Of a stretch of 64,000 nucleotides of DNA, positions 1-12,449 are shown one piece after another. How positions within the stretch are numbered: the first letter of the stretch is position 1; the number at the start of each line of letters is the position of its first letter. The DNA comes from Lytechinus pictus. Taxonomy: Eukaryota. The notes below the pieces were generated by a model. The model was not told the DNA's origin. It did no database searches and saw nothing but the letters and a program-made list of their open reading frames with translations. The translations under genes and the position numbers were made by a program. The stretch lies in assembly GCF_037042905.1 (NCBI RefSeq), contig NC_087252.1, positions 16,184,001-16,248,000 on the forward strand. The letters run 5' to 3'.

Positions 1-660
1 CGCCAAGTTATTTTTTATATGGGGGCTAGTTGTCATCAATTTCAATTAAACTTAAAATATCCAAATGGGCGGCACGAGTCCCCAGACTATCTCTCTGTCT
101 GACCCCTCATGCTTTCTCGATAATAGATAATTAAACAACATGAAAACAAATTTCTTTTAAAGAAATTTTGTAAGGTAAAAAACGTGTTTATAACGTTCAG
201 CATTCTACCTCCATGCGTTCAGCAAAAAAAAAGATACAAAAACTAAGATGTTAAACATGCAAAATCATTTATTTATATTTATTTCATTTTCATTATTATT
301 ATTATTTTTGCCGAGATCAATTTTAATCAATGACTTGAGATGTGAAACAACACAACAAATCTGCAGTAATTACAGATTAGGCCTATACATGTAGCTTACG
401 AATCCATCACAATCATTACAAATGAAAATAAGTTCATTAATGAAAAGATTATGGAAAGTCCATAAGAGGCGCATCATTAAATCGAAGGTATACAGGCCCC
501 ATAGCTATATATGTGTATCTCTACTACTCAACTTTGAAATGTTGAACATACATATTTTTTTATATTATTAAACTTTACATAAACCTCCATAGATCAAGTG
601 ATCAATTTTAAATATATGACCAACGCTTATGATCGTAATTTTTTGAATTAATTCTGTTAA

Positions 661-1157
661 AGAGGAAGTTCACCCTGACAAAAAGTTTATTGTAAAAATA
701 GCAGAAAAAATAATAAAAAATATTGCCGAAGGTTTGAGAAAAATTCATCAAATAATTAAAAAGTTATTAGAATTTCAATTATTTGATTTGTGACGTCATA
801 TGCGAGCAGCATTCCTACATAGCGAATGGTAAAAAATCAATGAAATGTCATTTTCTCAGAAAATTGAAAATGGTTTTCACTGTACCTTTTGTATATCAAT
901 AGACAAATCATTTCACACCCGATCATGAATAGAAAACAAAATTAAGTCATCAGGAACCATACAAAATTTGAAATTCATGCATTTTATATTACATAACACA
1001 TGGGGCAGCTGCTAGTTTATGACGTCACAAATCCAAAACTTTGAATTCTAATAACTTTCTTACTCTTTAACGGAATTTCCTCAAACCTTCACCAATATTT
1101 TTAAATATTTTTTCTGCTATTTTTACAACAAAGTTTTCTTCAGGGTGAACTTCCCCT
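661..1157. mobile_element. MITE with TTAA TSD and AG...CT termini (Kolobok-like non-autonomous element)
   Basis: TTAA at 657-660 and 1158-1161; termini AGAGGAAGTTCACCCTGA / TCAGGGTGAACTTCCCCT; imperfect inverted repeat extends about 140 bp inward. Confidence 0.85.
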
Positions 1158-2394
1158 TTAATAGTATTTTTTCCATTGCGAATTGCACACTTTTTTCTAT
1201 GTTTTAATTATTGCTGTATTGCAAAGCATGCTCTTCTTTATGTTTGCAGCAATGAATTTCCATATTTTCCTTGTCTTCGGTTACTCATTTATATGCAAGT
1301 GAGGTATGTTTATACTCTAAACACTCACATTTGTATTTCTTGCGTTATATCTGAAAAATGAAAAAAATAAAGTATTTTTTTGTTGATTTTGTTATTTGTT
1401 TACTCCATTCAAACCCTATTTTTACCTCAACAAATAACATATTAACGCATAATTTGCAAAAGTATCATTATATATGAGTATTCTATAAAACAGAATGTTG
1501 AACGAATAAAATGTTGAAATTACTCAGTTAAATCAATTTTTATGTCGGACAAGGGTCTCTTTCGTTGAAATATCAATGAAAGGTGTCTCTAAACACCGTG
1601 TTCTAAATAAGGGAAATAATGAATGTTTTGATTTTATCCAGTCATGTTTGTGAAACTTTAAGTTTTTATTCTCTTTTTACCTCATAAAGTAAGCTCCATC
1701 CATCAATTCTACAATCAGTAATAAAGAAAACATTATTTGATCTCCTTTTATTTAAATATATGATTTTATGAATAGTCGTCATTTCGAAATAAAAGGTTCA
1801 GGTGACGATGAATTAAGACTAAATATTTTTCCGATACTATCGATATCAAACGATGTCGCGGACTTGGAAGACAAAATTGACTTGATCGTGAAACGGAAAG
1901 CGCTGATTTGTCGCCATTCTTCCTATCTCGGAAGAATGGTGGTCCTAGGACGTTCCTAGCCAGGCAGCTTCTAGAGAGTAAAAATCACTTACTGAAGTAT
2001 GCTTCCTCTCAATGAAGCCAGGTATTCCTTCTCATTCATCTGCGTGTACCGCCAAAAACCTTGAAACTTTCACCCCCGAGATTTCTACTTTCCTTCTAAA
2101 GGCGAAGAACAATAGGAAACAAGATGGCGGCGTAAACATCGGGAAAGTCTCTTCCGTCTTTTCATAATATTTTTCTCATTTTTTTGATGAATTCTTGTTT
2201 AAAATAAAATCGATGGCGTAGAAATGTCGGAAATGAAGTTGTATCCCATGTAGGCCTACATGTAGATCTTTTTAGAAGTAGAAATCTCGGGGGCGCGGGC
2301 GAAAGTTTCAGGTTTTTTGGCGGTACACGCAGATAAATTGGAAGGAATACCTGGCTTCATTGAGAGTAAGCAAACGTCAGCCCAGGTAAAAAAA

Positions 2395-3625
2395 CCAGTT
2401 GAAACCAGTTGAAATTTTAACTGGTTTCAACTGGAGTCAACTGGTACCAGTTGAAACCAATTGGCACAACTGGTAAACTCCCACCATGCCAGTATATTCC
2501 AGTTGAAACCCATTGTCTCAACTGGACATGCTGAAAACATACAAGTTTATTCCAGTTGAAACCAATTAACTATACTGGTATAAATTAGTACACCAGTTAA
2601 TACCAGTTAAAACCAATAGGCCTTTCTGGTTTATCTACCAATAGATTCCAGTTTAAAACCCATTAGCCAAACTGGACCATTTGATGCCAGTTGGAACCCA
2701 TAGAAACCCAATGGGTGTATATACCAGTTAATGCCACCTTAAACCCATAAACCATACTGGTATATCATTAAACCAATTGATACCAGTTAGAACCAACATG
2801 CATTACTGGTATACCTACCAGTTGATTCCAGTTAAAACCCATAAACCAAACTGGATCAGAGTGTTCCAGTTGGAACCCATAGACCTCCCATAACCCCACT
2901 TGAAACCCATTAACCATACTGGAATATCAAACAAATGGATACCAGTTAGAACCAATATAGGCATTACTGGCATATCTACCAGCTGATTCCAGTTAAAAGC
3001 CATAAACCATACTGGAGCAGATTATACCAGTTGGAACCCATAGACCTCCCATAACCCACTTGAAACCCATTAACCATACTGGAATTTCAAACCAATTGAT
3101 ACCAGTTAAACCAGCATACATTACTGGTATACTACCAGTTGATTCCAGTTAAAACCCATAAACCAAACTGGAACATATTTTACCAGTTGGAACCCATAGA
3201 CCTCCCATAACCCACTTGAAACCCATTAACCATAATGGAATATCAAACCAATTGATACCAGTTAAAATTCAACATACATTACTGGTATACTACCAGTTGA
3301 TTCCAGTTAAAACCCATAAATCAATTAAACTGGGACATATTTTACCAGTTGGAACCCATAGACCTCCCATAACCCACTTGAAACCCATTTACCATACTGG
3401 AATATCAAACCAATTGATACCAGTTAGAACCAATAGGCATTACCAGTATATATCTACCAGCTGATTTCAGTTAAAACCCATAAACCAAACTGGAACAGAT
3501 TATACCAGTTGGAACCCATAGGCCACCCATAACCCACTTGAAACCCATTAACCATACTGGAATATCAAACCAAATGATACCAGTTAGAACCAATAGGACT
3601 TACCAGTTGATTCTAGTAAGAACCC
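2395..3625. repeat. Left subterminal satellite of element 1 (CCAGTT-rich, about 160-bp higher-order period in distal part)
   Basis: CCAGTTGGAACCCATAG recurs near 2867, 3026, 3183, 3345, 3505. Confidence 0.9.
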
Positions 3626-3626
3626 G

Positions 3627-3706
3627 TATATACATATATAATATATACATATATATATATGTATATTAGAGGCATAGTGGTAATGCATTGTACTTATTTC
3701 CAACAG

Positions 3707-3742
<36 letters not shown>
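3627..3742. repeat. (AT)n microsatellites
   Basis: Two TA-dinucleotide runs. Confidence 0.9.
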
Positions 3743-3743
<1 letters not shown>

Positions 3744-4857
3744 AGAACTATGTTTTCATACCTTTGTTGTTTTATTTGTCGCTTCTCTTAAACTGACTTT
3801 TGAAATATTTTTGTAATTGTTGATATCTGCAGTAATCATTCAAATTTCTTATCCGACAAGTCACTGGCTCAATATAGCTGTAACCCACTTTACATTAATA
3901 TTTATATTTTTTGTACAGATCATATTACTTCAAAGTCCTCTTATCTTTGTTTTTAATTCCTTTTGAGATAATTCTTTATGATTATCATTCATGAATGTGT
4001 TTCCTATAACTATTATTATTGTTACCATCAACAAAGCGTTACTTTTCTTAAAAAAAAGCAAGTATTATTTCATACAATCCACTCTTTAATCTACATGTAT
4101 TGTTATTCATTCAACATTGGTTAAATATATATTTATGTGAAAATGTTCATTATGTTAAAGGTATATACATTTAGCCTACTCCCAACCTTTGCCCGTTCCT
4201 GCTTTTGACATTACTCCCCCCCCCTGTATACTTTTCTTTTTGTATCCCCTTTCCAATATTATACATTAGTATACTTTGTTATTTTTTTGTTGCTTATTTG
4301 TTTACTGAAATTTTGCTCTGTACAAATTCATGTAATTCAGCCTTTTACCACAATAAATGCCATGCATTTATCCATCCTATACACAGCTCGATTGAGGATA
4401 AGAGGAAAAAAATATCTACATAATAACTAACTTAATTATTCTTTATGTTAATTTTAATATTTCCACCTTGAAAAGTTTCATTAAAGTATGTGGTTCGATA
4501 TTACCATATAACTTAAATCGAAACATGTTATTCTCAGTGAAATTTTCTAGTTTACATTAAAAAAATTGTTATCCTAGATATTTGTTGCGAGAAAAAATTT
4601 TCTTCCTATTTAATCCCTTTTTTCTAATTTAAGTTAAAGAGGACTATTTTACACTATTTTTACAAATCACATAAAAATTAATGTATTTTTCTTTTTTTAA
4701 CTCACTGATATTTTAAAAATATTTTTGAAGGTGAATATAATAGCTATTTTTTTTCTATTTATAACGCGCATATTTATTGCTAGTTTACAACCTTGCCATG
4801 TTAAGCAAGGCTATCTTTATCTTTCAAATAAAAAGAAAATAAATAAAATAGAAATAC

Positions 4858-5408
4858 CCCGGGGGGGCCACTTACATTGACGAGTGGATACCATGCGCGA
4901 CCAAAAAAACACGTAAAAAGGATGTCCTTTTCACGATAGGGCACGTTACGTACGTAACGTGATAAGGGTGTCAAAAACACAAAAATAATGAAAAAAGGGT
5001 GTCTATTTCGCTAGGAAAATTACGTGTTTAGGGTCGAATTTGCGGGAATGATAAAACAAAATTAAAATGTTTTATAAAGGATGTCCATTTTGCCCCAACA
5101 CTTCGTGTTTAGAGTCCGATTTGCGCGAGGTGTGGAAGGTGGGGTCGTACTAAACCAAATAAGGTAAAGCCGACGACCGAAGGACCCGTAACAATAAAAC
5201 ATTCCTGTACTTGTTTAGGGGTTCATTTCAGGGAATATTTGCCAAAAGTATCGTTTTGTTTCCAATACTTGTTAAGGGTATGGTTTCACACGCCAATACT
5301 TGTTAAGGGGTGCATTTTCAGAATATGGAAATTACGTGTTTAGGGTGCTTTTCGAGACCCCATGGTCGCGCATGGTATCCACTCGTGAATGAAAGTGGCC
5401 CCCCCGGG
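4858..5408. mobile_element. MITE with CCCGGGGGGG termini
   Basis: TIR CCCGGGGGGGGCCACTTACATTGACGAGTGGATACCATGCGCGACCA mirrored at ~5362-5408; flanked by AGAAATA(C/A) direct repeat (7-8 bp TSD). Confidence 0.85.
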
Positions 5409-5629
5409 AGAAATAAAGAACAAATATTAAGCTAATTCATTCTTAAACTTTCAAAGAAAAAAAAAAGCTCCAAAAGCAGAGGCAAAAATCGTCATTTCTT
5501 GACTGGTTGCCAACCAAAACCAAACAAGAAGAAATTTGTATGTTAAGAAGTTCGTATTTCTATTTTAAAACTTCTTTCTTGCTTTAGACCCCCCCCCCCC
5601 TTCGTTATTCCTGACTCAGCAGATCTTCC

Positions 5630-5932
5630 TTCAATCACCGGGCGCGGGCGGGCCTGCGCATGCGCACTGAGTGCCACTGATCGATATCGTCCGTATAATT
5701 ATATATGCAAATTAACCAGCGCCGCCAAACGCAAACCGCCAATCTAATTTGAATTTGAAAGAGCCATCTTCGCCGCGCCGTTAATTTGCACCGCACTTTT
5801 ATCGAGTGCTAGTGCGATAAAGAAGGGTAAAGAAGGCCGTTTTAATAATAATTCAACCACTGAAATCACACGGACCAGATTTGGACAATGACTTGAAAGC
5901 TAAGACATTCGCAGTAGGCTCTACAGGTAAGT
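5630..5932 (+). promoter_or_regulatory. Putative internal promoter and non-coding first exon of element 1 (donor CAG|GTAAGT at 5926/5927)
   Basis: CpG-rich patch with GCGCATGCGC (NRF1-like) and ATGCAAAT (octamer) motifs, then a perfect splice donor; homologous block in element 3 at ~59958-60058 (minus). Confidence 0.55.
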
Positions 5933-6495
5933 TAACAATTTTCTATGATTTTCTTTTCGTAGTTTGTTAAATGGCGCGGCTCGCAGCTAGCTGCGGGGCT
6001 AGCTGTAACGTTAGACTTAGAGTTCGTCAGGACATCCTGTTACTGCCCCTCAGCGCTGCCTGCCGGCCGCGACTAGCCGGGCGTGGATGTGTGGCTGCCA
6101 TGCCGGTGCAAGTCTGCGCACATACATCATATTGACCTTACGATTTGTGTTAAGATTTAACATGAATTTCTTTTTATTTCACAAAATCTTTCAGTTGATA
6201 TTGTTCCATATATTGTTATAAGTAAATGAGAGAGATATGTGATCGAATGTGAAACTGATTTTCTTGGTCTTGGAAAAAATCTGAGACTCGGCCAGTTATG
6301 ATTTTCAATTTCAGATTTAACATTATGATAGTGGCCAGCGCCTCGTGTCTGCGCACCAATCACTTTACACACGATTTGAGGATTTTGATGAGATTTTGAA
6401 ATGCCGAAAATCGAAATTCATTATTTTTTCCACCATTTTAAGAGTCTGATTTTTTCATGAATAGCTGTTTATCACTTTTTGACTGTGTATTTCAG

Positions 6496-6673
6496 GAGAG
6501 AGGGAGACCCAAAACCACCTGGAGTCATACTGAGCCTCGAGGAGGAGATGAAGTCAGTGAACATGACCTGGGGTACCGGGCGGTAGTTTCCAGAAGAAGG
6601 CCCAGCTCAGAACCGCCAGGACTCAGGAGTGGAGATCCGAATACTTCGTTGCTGCCCTCCATATGAGGAGGCT
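6496..6673 (+). pseudogene. Decayed 3' end of an RTE-clade LINE ORF2, bounded by splice signals
   Basis: With frameshifts reads RGRPKTTW..EEEMKSVNMTWG..KKAQ..RQ..EWRS..FVAALH, resembling the GRPKTTW..W..AQDR..WR..VAAL tail of RTE-type elements; TTTCAG| acceptor and |GTAAGT donor at its edges. Confidence 0.55.
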
Positions 6674-7029
6674 GTAAGTTAGGTAATTCAGATGTCAAGT
6701 TTTCTTTTGGGGTCTTTGTGTATCTTCTATTATGAGAATTATTGAAAAGAGATGGTGATTTAATGGTTTTAAAGATGTAAAATATGAAATTCTAGCACTT
6801 TTTTTAGGCCTAATATGAGTTCGGACACCCTACTTATAATTTTTTTTTGAGGAGCGCGATATTTTTGTACATGACCCAAGCCTAGTTTCACCACAGATTA
6901 ATTAATAGCTACACAGCTGTTGCATTTACAATTTTAATAACAATCTACAACAATTGAGCATTTTATAAAATTGAGTGTGTCTAGGAAAGCAAATTCGGAG
7001 GCATAAGGAGAGCCATTCCCTTGTAAAAA

Positions 7030-8720
7030 AAAACCATGGTTTGATGTTAAGGTAAAACCATGGTTTTGCATTGGATCCATCGTACAGTAATTTCATAGTT
7101 TAACCATAGTAAGATATGGTTTAATTATGGTGAAATCATGGTGCACTAGTGTTTAACCATAGTTAAACTATAGCTTTAGCATGGGTAAACCATGGTAACC
7201 ATGGTTAAATGGTGTTAAATTGGAACGCACTTACCATGACATTACTATGGCATAACCATGGTCACAACTGTGTTTTTACCATATTTTAACAATGGTTAAG
7301 AAAGTATAAAACCATGGTAAAGAGAAGGTGAAACCATGGTTAGAAAAAGGTGAAACCATTGTTTTACAGCTGCCAAACCACATAATTACAACCCGAATCA
7401 CGGTAAAACCATAATCAATTGTATGGTAGACCCACCTTTTGACCATAGTGCAATATTGTATGATGATGGTTAAACCATGTCAAAGTACTGTCTAGCCATG
7501 GTTTAACCATGGTTTACCACGGTTAAACTATAGGTTTAGCATGGGTAAACCATGGTAACCATGGTTAAAAGGTGTTAAATTGGAACGCACTTACCATGAC
7601 ATTACTATGGCATAACCATGGTCACAATTATGTTTTTACCATAGTTTAACCATGGTTAAGAAAGTATAAAACCATGGTAAAGAGAAGGTGAAACCATGGT
7701 TAGTAAAAGGTGAAACCATTGTTTTACAGCTGCCAAACCACATAATTACAACCCAAATCACGGTAAAACCATAATCAATTGTATGGTAAACCCACCTTTT
7801 AACCATAGTGCAATATTGTATGATGATGGTTGAACCATGTCAAAGTACTGTCTAGCCATGGTTTAACTATGGTGTACCACGGTTAAACTATAGGTTTAGC
7901 ATGGGTAAACCATGGTAACCATGGTTAAAAGGTGTTAAATTGGAACGCACTTACCATGACATTACCATGGCATAACCATGGTCACAACTGTGTTTTTACC
8001 GTACTATAACCACGGTTAAGAAAAGGTGAAACTATGGTTAAGAAAGTATAAAACCATGGTAAAGGGTAGGTAAAACCATGGTAAAGCGAAGGTGAAACCA
8101 TGGTTAGAAAACGGTGAAACCATTGTTTTACAGCAGCCAAACCACATAATTACAACCCAAATCACGGTAAAACCATGATCAATCATATGGTAAAACCACC
8201 TTTTAACCATTAGTGCAATATTGTATGATGATGGTTAAACCATGTCAAAGTACTGTAACCATGGTTTAACCATTGTATACCACGGTTTAACCATAATGTG
8301 CCACAGTTAATCAATGGTTTCATTGTAGATAAACCATGGCTACCATGGTTTAACCGTGGTTACAACCTTGTTTTTATTGTGGTAAATCCATCGTTTCAAA
8401 GTGTCTTTACTATGGTTAAGAAAAGGTGAAACAATGATTTTAAAACAGAAACAGCGATAATAACATGGTTATGCAATGAAATCCAAAGTATAACCATGGT
8501 TTCACTACAAACCAATCATAGAATTACCATGGTCTTGCATCCTCAAAATCATGGTAAAAGCATGGTTAATATTGGATCCATTGTGTGACATACCCATGGT
8601 TTAACCATGGTGCATGATGGTCTGATGATGGTTAAACCATGGTGCACCTTGGTCTGCCCATGGTTTGGACATCCTTCAACCGTGATCGTACTACAGTTAC
8701 TGTGATTTAACTATGGTAAA
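7030..8720. repeat. Left subterminal satellite of element 2 (AACCATGGTT palindromes, 360-bp period)
   Basis: AGCATGGGTAAACCATGGTAACCATGGTTAAA at 7178, 7538, 7898; the motif resumes at ~9345-9515 after interrupting insertions. Confidence 0.9.
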
Positions 8721-9084
8721 TTTGAAAGGATTTACAACAGTATTACCATTTCCATTCATGAATTCATCGTGCATAAATTATCTCGGCACGAGCAGACGAC
8801 TTAGACTTGAACTATGATCGAAATAAACTTCGAATTAGTGGTGAATAGGCATCATAATTACACAATAGGTGTTATTTTGGGGGCAATGTAGATCAAGTAA
8901 GTAGTAGTCAAGTTGGACATTACTGTTTATTTTGATGATTGTGTTAACCAAGCGAATCGGCCGACGTATTTTTTTTTTCTTTTCGATGCACCGATTTCGC
9001 AAAATCTGCACCGGCGCTCGATGACATCGATCAAACACCGATTTTAAAACCGATCAAAGTTATGATATTTCAAAATCTTTGAGT

Positions 9085-9345
9085 TTTTTATATTGACACC
9101 TAAACATGGCCTAAGTTCAGTAACCCCAGATGACCTTTGACCTTGATCATGTGACCTGAAATGTATAGCAGATCGATCAGTGATACTTGGTTACCCTTAT
9201 ACCCAAGTTTCATGAAATAGGACCAAATTCTTCCAAAGTTATTATACCATTTCGAAAACTTAACCAAGGTTAAGATTTGGTGTTGACGCCGCCGCCGGAA
9301 AAGCGGCGCCTATGTCTCACTTCTGCTATGCAAGTGAGACAATAA
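9085..9345. mobile_element. Fragment of a non-autonomous Helentron-like (HINE/Tsp-type) repeat
   Basis: TGACCTTTGACCT core, (GCC)n, terminal hairpin GTCTCACTT..AAGTGAGAC followed by an A-run. Confidence 0.5.
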
Positions 9346-10532
9346 AACCGTGGTTCTCAAGCTCAAACCAAAGTTTAACTGTAGTTTCACAGCCAGAAAC
9401 GATGATAAATCCCTGGTTCTACAAACCAAACCACAGTAGAGCCATGGTTTTACAACCGACCTCTGGTATAACCATCAACTGCTATACCACCCAAACCAGA
9501 GTATAACCATGGTCGTATGGTCATACACAGCATACACGTCATCCAACCTGTCTGCTTTTTACCTCTATCATATTATCTGCTGAAATGAGATAAAGTGGAA
9601 ACTCAGTATAAGGAGGACCTTGGGATCATGAACCTTGTTATTATACCTGGAATCTAACTTCACCAGGGCACAAAAACAAAAGGACCTTGGACCAGCAAAT
9701 TTGACTGTTATATTGGGAATCTCTGTATATTGAGTTTCTAGTGTATCAGCGAAAGAAAAGAGTCAATTAAAATACAGTTACAATGTACACATTCGGCTAC
9801 ATCATCAAAGAGCCACATTGGTGATGGTATAATAAGAAATTACATTTAAAATTGTAGGTCAGTCAGACAGATAATATGACAGAGGTCATATTCCACACTA
9901 CACATCGCCACTTATTGTATCAATCAGTGAGTGATCACACAATGACCTAAAAAGGGACAAAATGCAAATCAGTGTTAAGAACAACGCAATGAAAACTTTT
10001 AATAAAAATAAAGTCAAACACATCTAATACAGTACTACCTGCACAGCTCTGGAAACATTACCCAAGTTAGCTGACAAAAGAGGCAAGTCTTTATACATGG
10101 CAGGTTTGAATACATATCTATAAAAGACCCCACATAAATTTTAATACATTCTTTATAAATTTTGTACTTTTCACACAAACAGTTAGCACAGATATGGCAA
10201 GCTAAACTAAGTAAGGAATGTATACATGTACTCCTGAAAACTGTTTTATTACTGCTGATTTCATATAACTGATTTGGCCAAGAAGACATGTTAGAAAAAC
10301 TTTATACAAAAAACAAAAGAAAATAACTAGATGGATTCTCGACTGCACACAGTCGAAATTTATGCCTCCGCCATTGCCACTAGATCAGAAATATGTTGCA
10401 CAGGTAATTTCCCATAAATCTTCAAATTTGTTCTATTCTTTTTATATTAAATAATGTATGCCTTATCCCAACATAAATAAACACTGAATGTTCAGTGCAT
10501 GTTTGAGCTGCTAAGAAAAATTTTTACAGGCC

Positions 10533-10603
10533 GGCTCGGGTAGGAATCGAACCCACGACCTTCTGGTTATCAGACAGGCGTCATACCACTTGACCACCGA
10601 GAA
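10533..10603 (-). pseudogene. tRNA-derived sequence (Thr-like; loop reads CT-GAT-AA)
   Basis: Minus strand TGGTCAAGTGG (A box), CGCCTGTCTGATAACCAG, GGTTCGATTCC (B box); imperfect stems. Confidence 0.65.
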
Positions 10604-10701
10604 GCCCGATGGCTGGTAGCTGGTTTGATTCACATAATAGCAGCAGGTACAGTACTGTGTTGATATATCACATAATAGCAGCCAATAGCCATCGGGCTTA
10701 A

Positions 10702-10772
10702 TTCCTGGTGGTCTAGTTGTATGACGCCTGTCTAGTAACCAGGAGATCGTGAGTTCGATTCCTACCATAGCT
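10702..10772 (+). pseudogene. tRNA-Thr(AGT)-derived sequence
   Basis: CGCCTGTCTAGTAACCAGGAGATC closely matches the metazoan tRNA-Thr(AGT) anticodon arm (CGCCTGTCTAGTAAACAGGAGATC); A and B boxes present; acceptor stem poor. Confidence 0.7.
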
Positions 10773-11892
10773 GGCCTGAACATTTGGTGTTCACTTATAT
10801 TTGGATAAGGCAAAAATTATTCAATAAAATTAAATCTACCCAACGGAAAACCTTGATTGATATTTTCTATTATCATATTGATCACTCTCATATATGCATC
10901 CAAGAACCATTAATATTGAATCTACAAGCAATTGTGACAAGAGACATGAACTCTTTAGACCTTTGAACTTCTCAAGTCAATGTCATAATGTATGCATTGT
11001 CCATATTTGAAATTGATCTATCGAAGTCTTTGGTTTATCACAAGAACAATTTCATGCATACACTGACCTACAATCAAACTTGATATATGAAAATAATTTT
11101 TAGTATTCATAAAACACAAGAAAATTACTAAATGGATAAAAAAGTTGTAAGTATATGACCTTTATGACCTTTGAACTTGGCCCTGCAACCCCCCCAAATT
11201 ACCCCCCCCTATATCAAGCATATATGTACCAAGTTTGGAGTTACTTCCTCTAACATTCCTTTAGTTACACAAGAACAAGATATTTTAAGGCATACTGACC
11301 TCTGTGACCTTTGACCATGTGACCCCAAAATCCAATCAGATCATTCTCCCTCTATTATGTATCTAAAGAATGTACCAAGTTTGAAGTTATTAGCTCCAAT
11401 GGTTAAGTTATCACAAGAACAGGACATTTTAAGGTATATAACGACCTCTGTGACCTTTCACCCGTGACCATAAAATCAAAACAAAGTATTATCCCCCCAG
11501 GATATACCCTCATACCAAGTTTGATGTAAAACCACTCCACGGTTCTTGAGATTTCGACAAAACAAAACGGGACGGACGTACGGACGACCCGAAAACGTAA
11601 TGCCTTCGGCCACTTCGTTGGCGGACGTTGGCGGAGGCATAAAAAATCATAAATATTCTAAATAAATTAAGAGTTAGCACAGATATGTCAAGCTTAATTA
11701 AGTATGGAATGCAGAATGATGTCATATACTCCTGAAAACTGTTTTTTTTTGCTGTTGATCTTATAAGATTTGGTTTGACTGAGAAGACAAGGTAGAAAGA
11801 CTATATGTATATACAAAAAAAAATCCCTGAATAAACTGAATAAATTAATGTACTTTTCACACACAGAGGTAGCACAGATATGGCAAGATTAA

Positions 11893-12449
11893 AGGACAAG
11901 TCCACCCCCCCCCCAAAAAAAAAAAAAAAAAAAACCTTGATTTGAATAAAAAGAGAAAAAGTCAACAAGCATAACACTGAAAATTTCATCAAAATCGGAT
12001 GTAAAATAAGAAAGTTATGACATTTTAAAGTTTTGCTTCATTTCACAAAACGCTTATATGCACACCTCAGTCGGTATGCAAATGAGGGAACTGATGATAT
12101 CACTCACCCACTATTTCTTTTGTATTTTATTATATGAAGTATGAAATATTTTGATTTTCTCGTCATTGTCATGTGAAATGAAGTTTCATTCGTCCCTGAA
12201 CACGTGGAATTTAATTATTTTAACATTTTGTGCTTCAGGCAAGGAGGTCCTAATCATCAAATTCGTAAAAATTGAAATATTGTATAATTCAAACAATAAA
12301 AAACAAAAGAAATAGTGAGTGACATCATTGGCTCACCTAGTTGTGCATATCACTGTTTTGTTGAAAATAAGCGAAACTTTAAAATTTCATGCTAGTTTGA
12401 TTTTTCTCTATTTATTCAAATCAGCATTTTCCTGGGGTGGACTAGACCT
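11893..12449. mobile_element. TTAA-TSD MITE (Kolobok-like)
   Basis: TTAA|AGGACAAGTCCACCCC ... GGGGTGGACTAGACCT|TTAA. Confidence 0.8.

Larger units (their letters stand above)
10459..10812. mobile_element. Fold-back element built from two divergent tRNA-Thr(AGT)-like arms
   Basis: Outer inverted repeat TGCCTTATCC..GTTCAG / CTGAAC..GGATAAGGCA; inner inverted repeat AGCCCGATGGCT / AGCCATCGGGCT; tRNA-like arms between them. Confidence 0.7.
10324..11646. mobile_element. Non-autonomous Helentron-like (HINE/Tsp/pearl-type) element with internal ~130-140-bp TGACCTTTGA tandem units
   Basis: TTTATGCCTCCGCC near 10359 inverted to GGCGGAGGCATAAA at ~11630-11643; internal tandem units; (GGAC)n microsatellite and terminal hairpin; A-rich insertion site. 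Confidence 0.6.

Noticed and set aside
10533..10772. Functional tRNA-Thr/Ile genes
   Set aside because: Acceptor and anticodon stems are mismatched and both lie in an inverted-repeat element.
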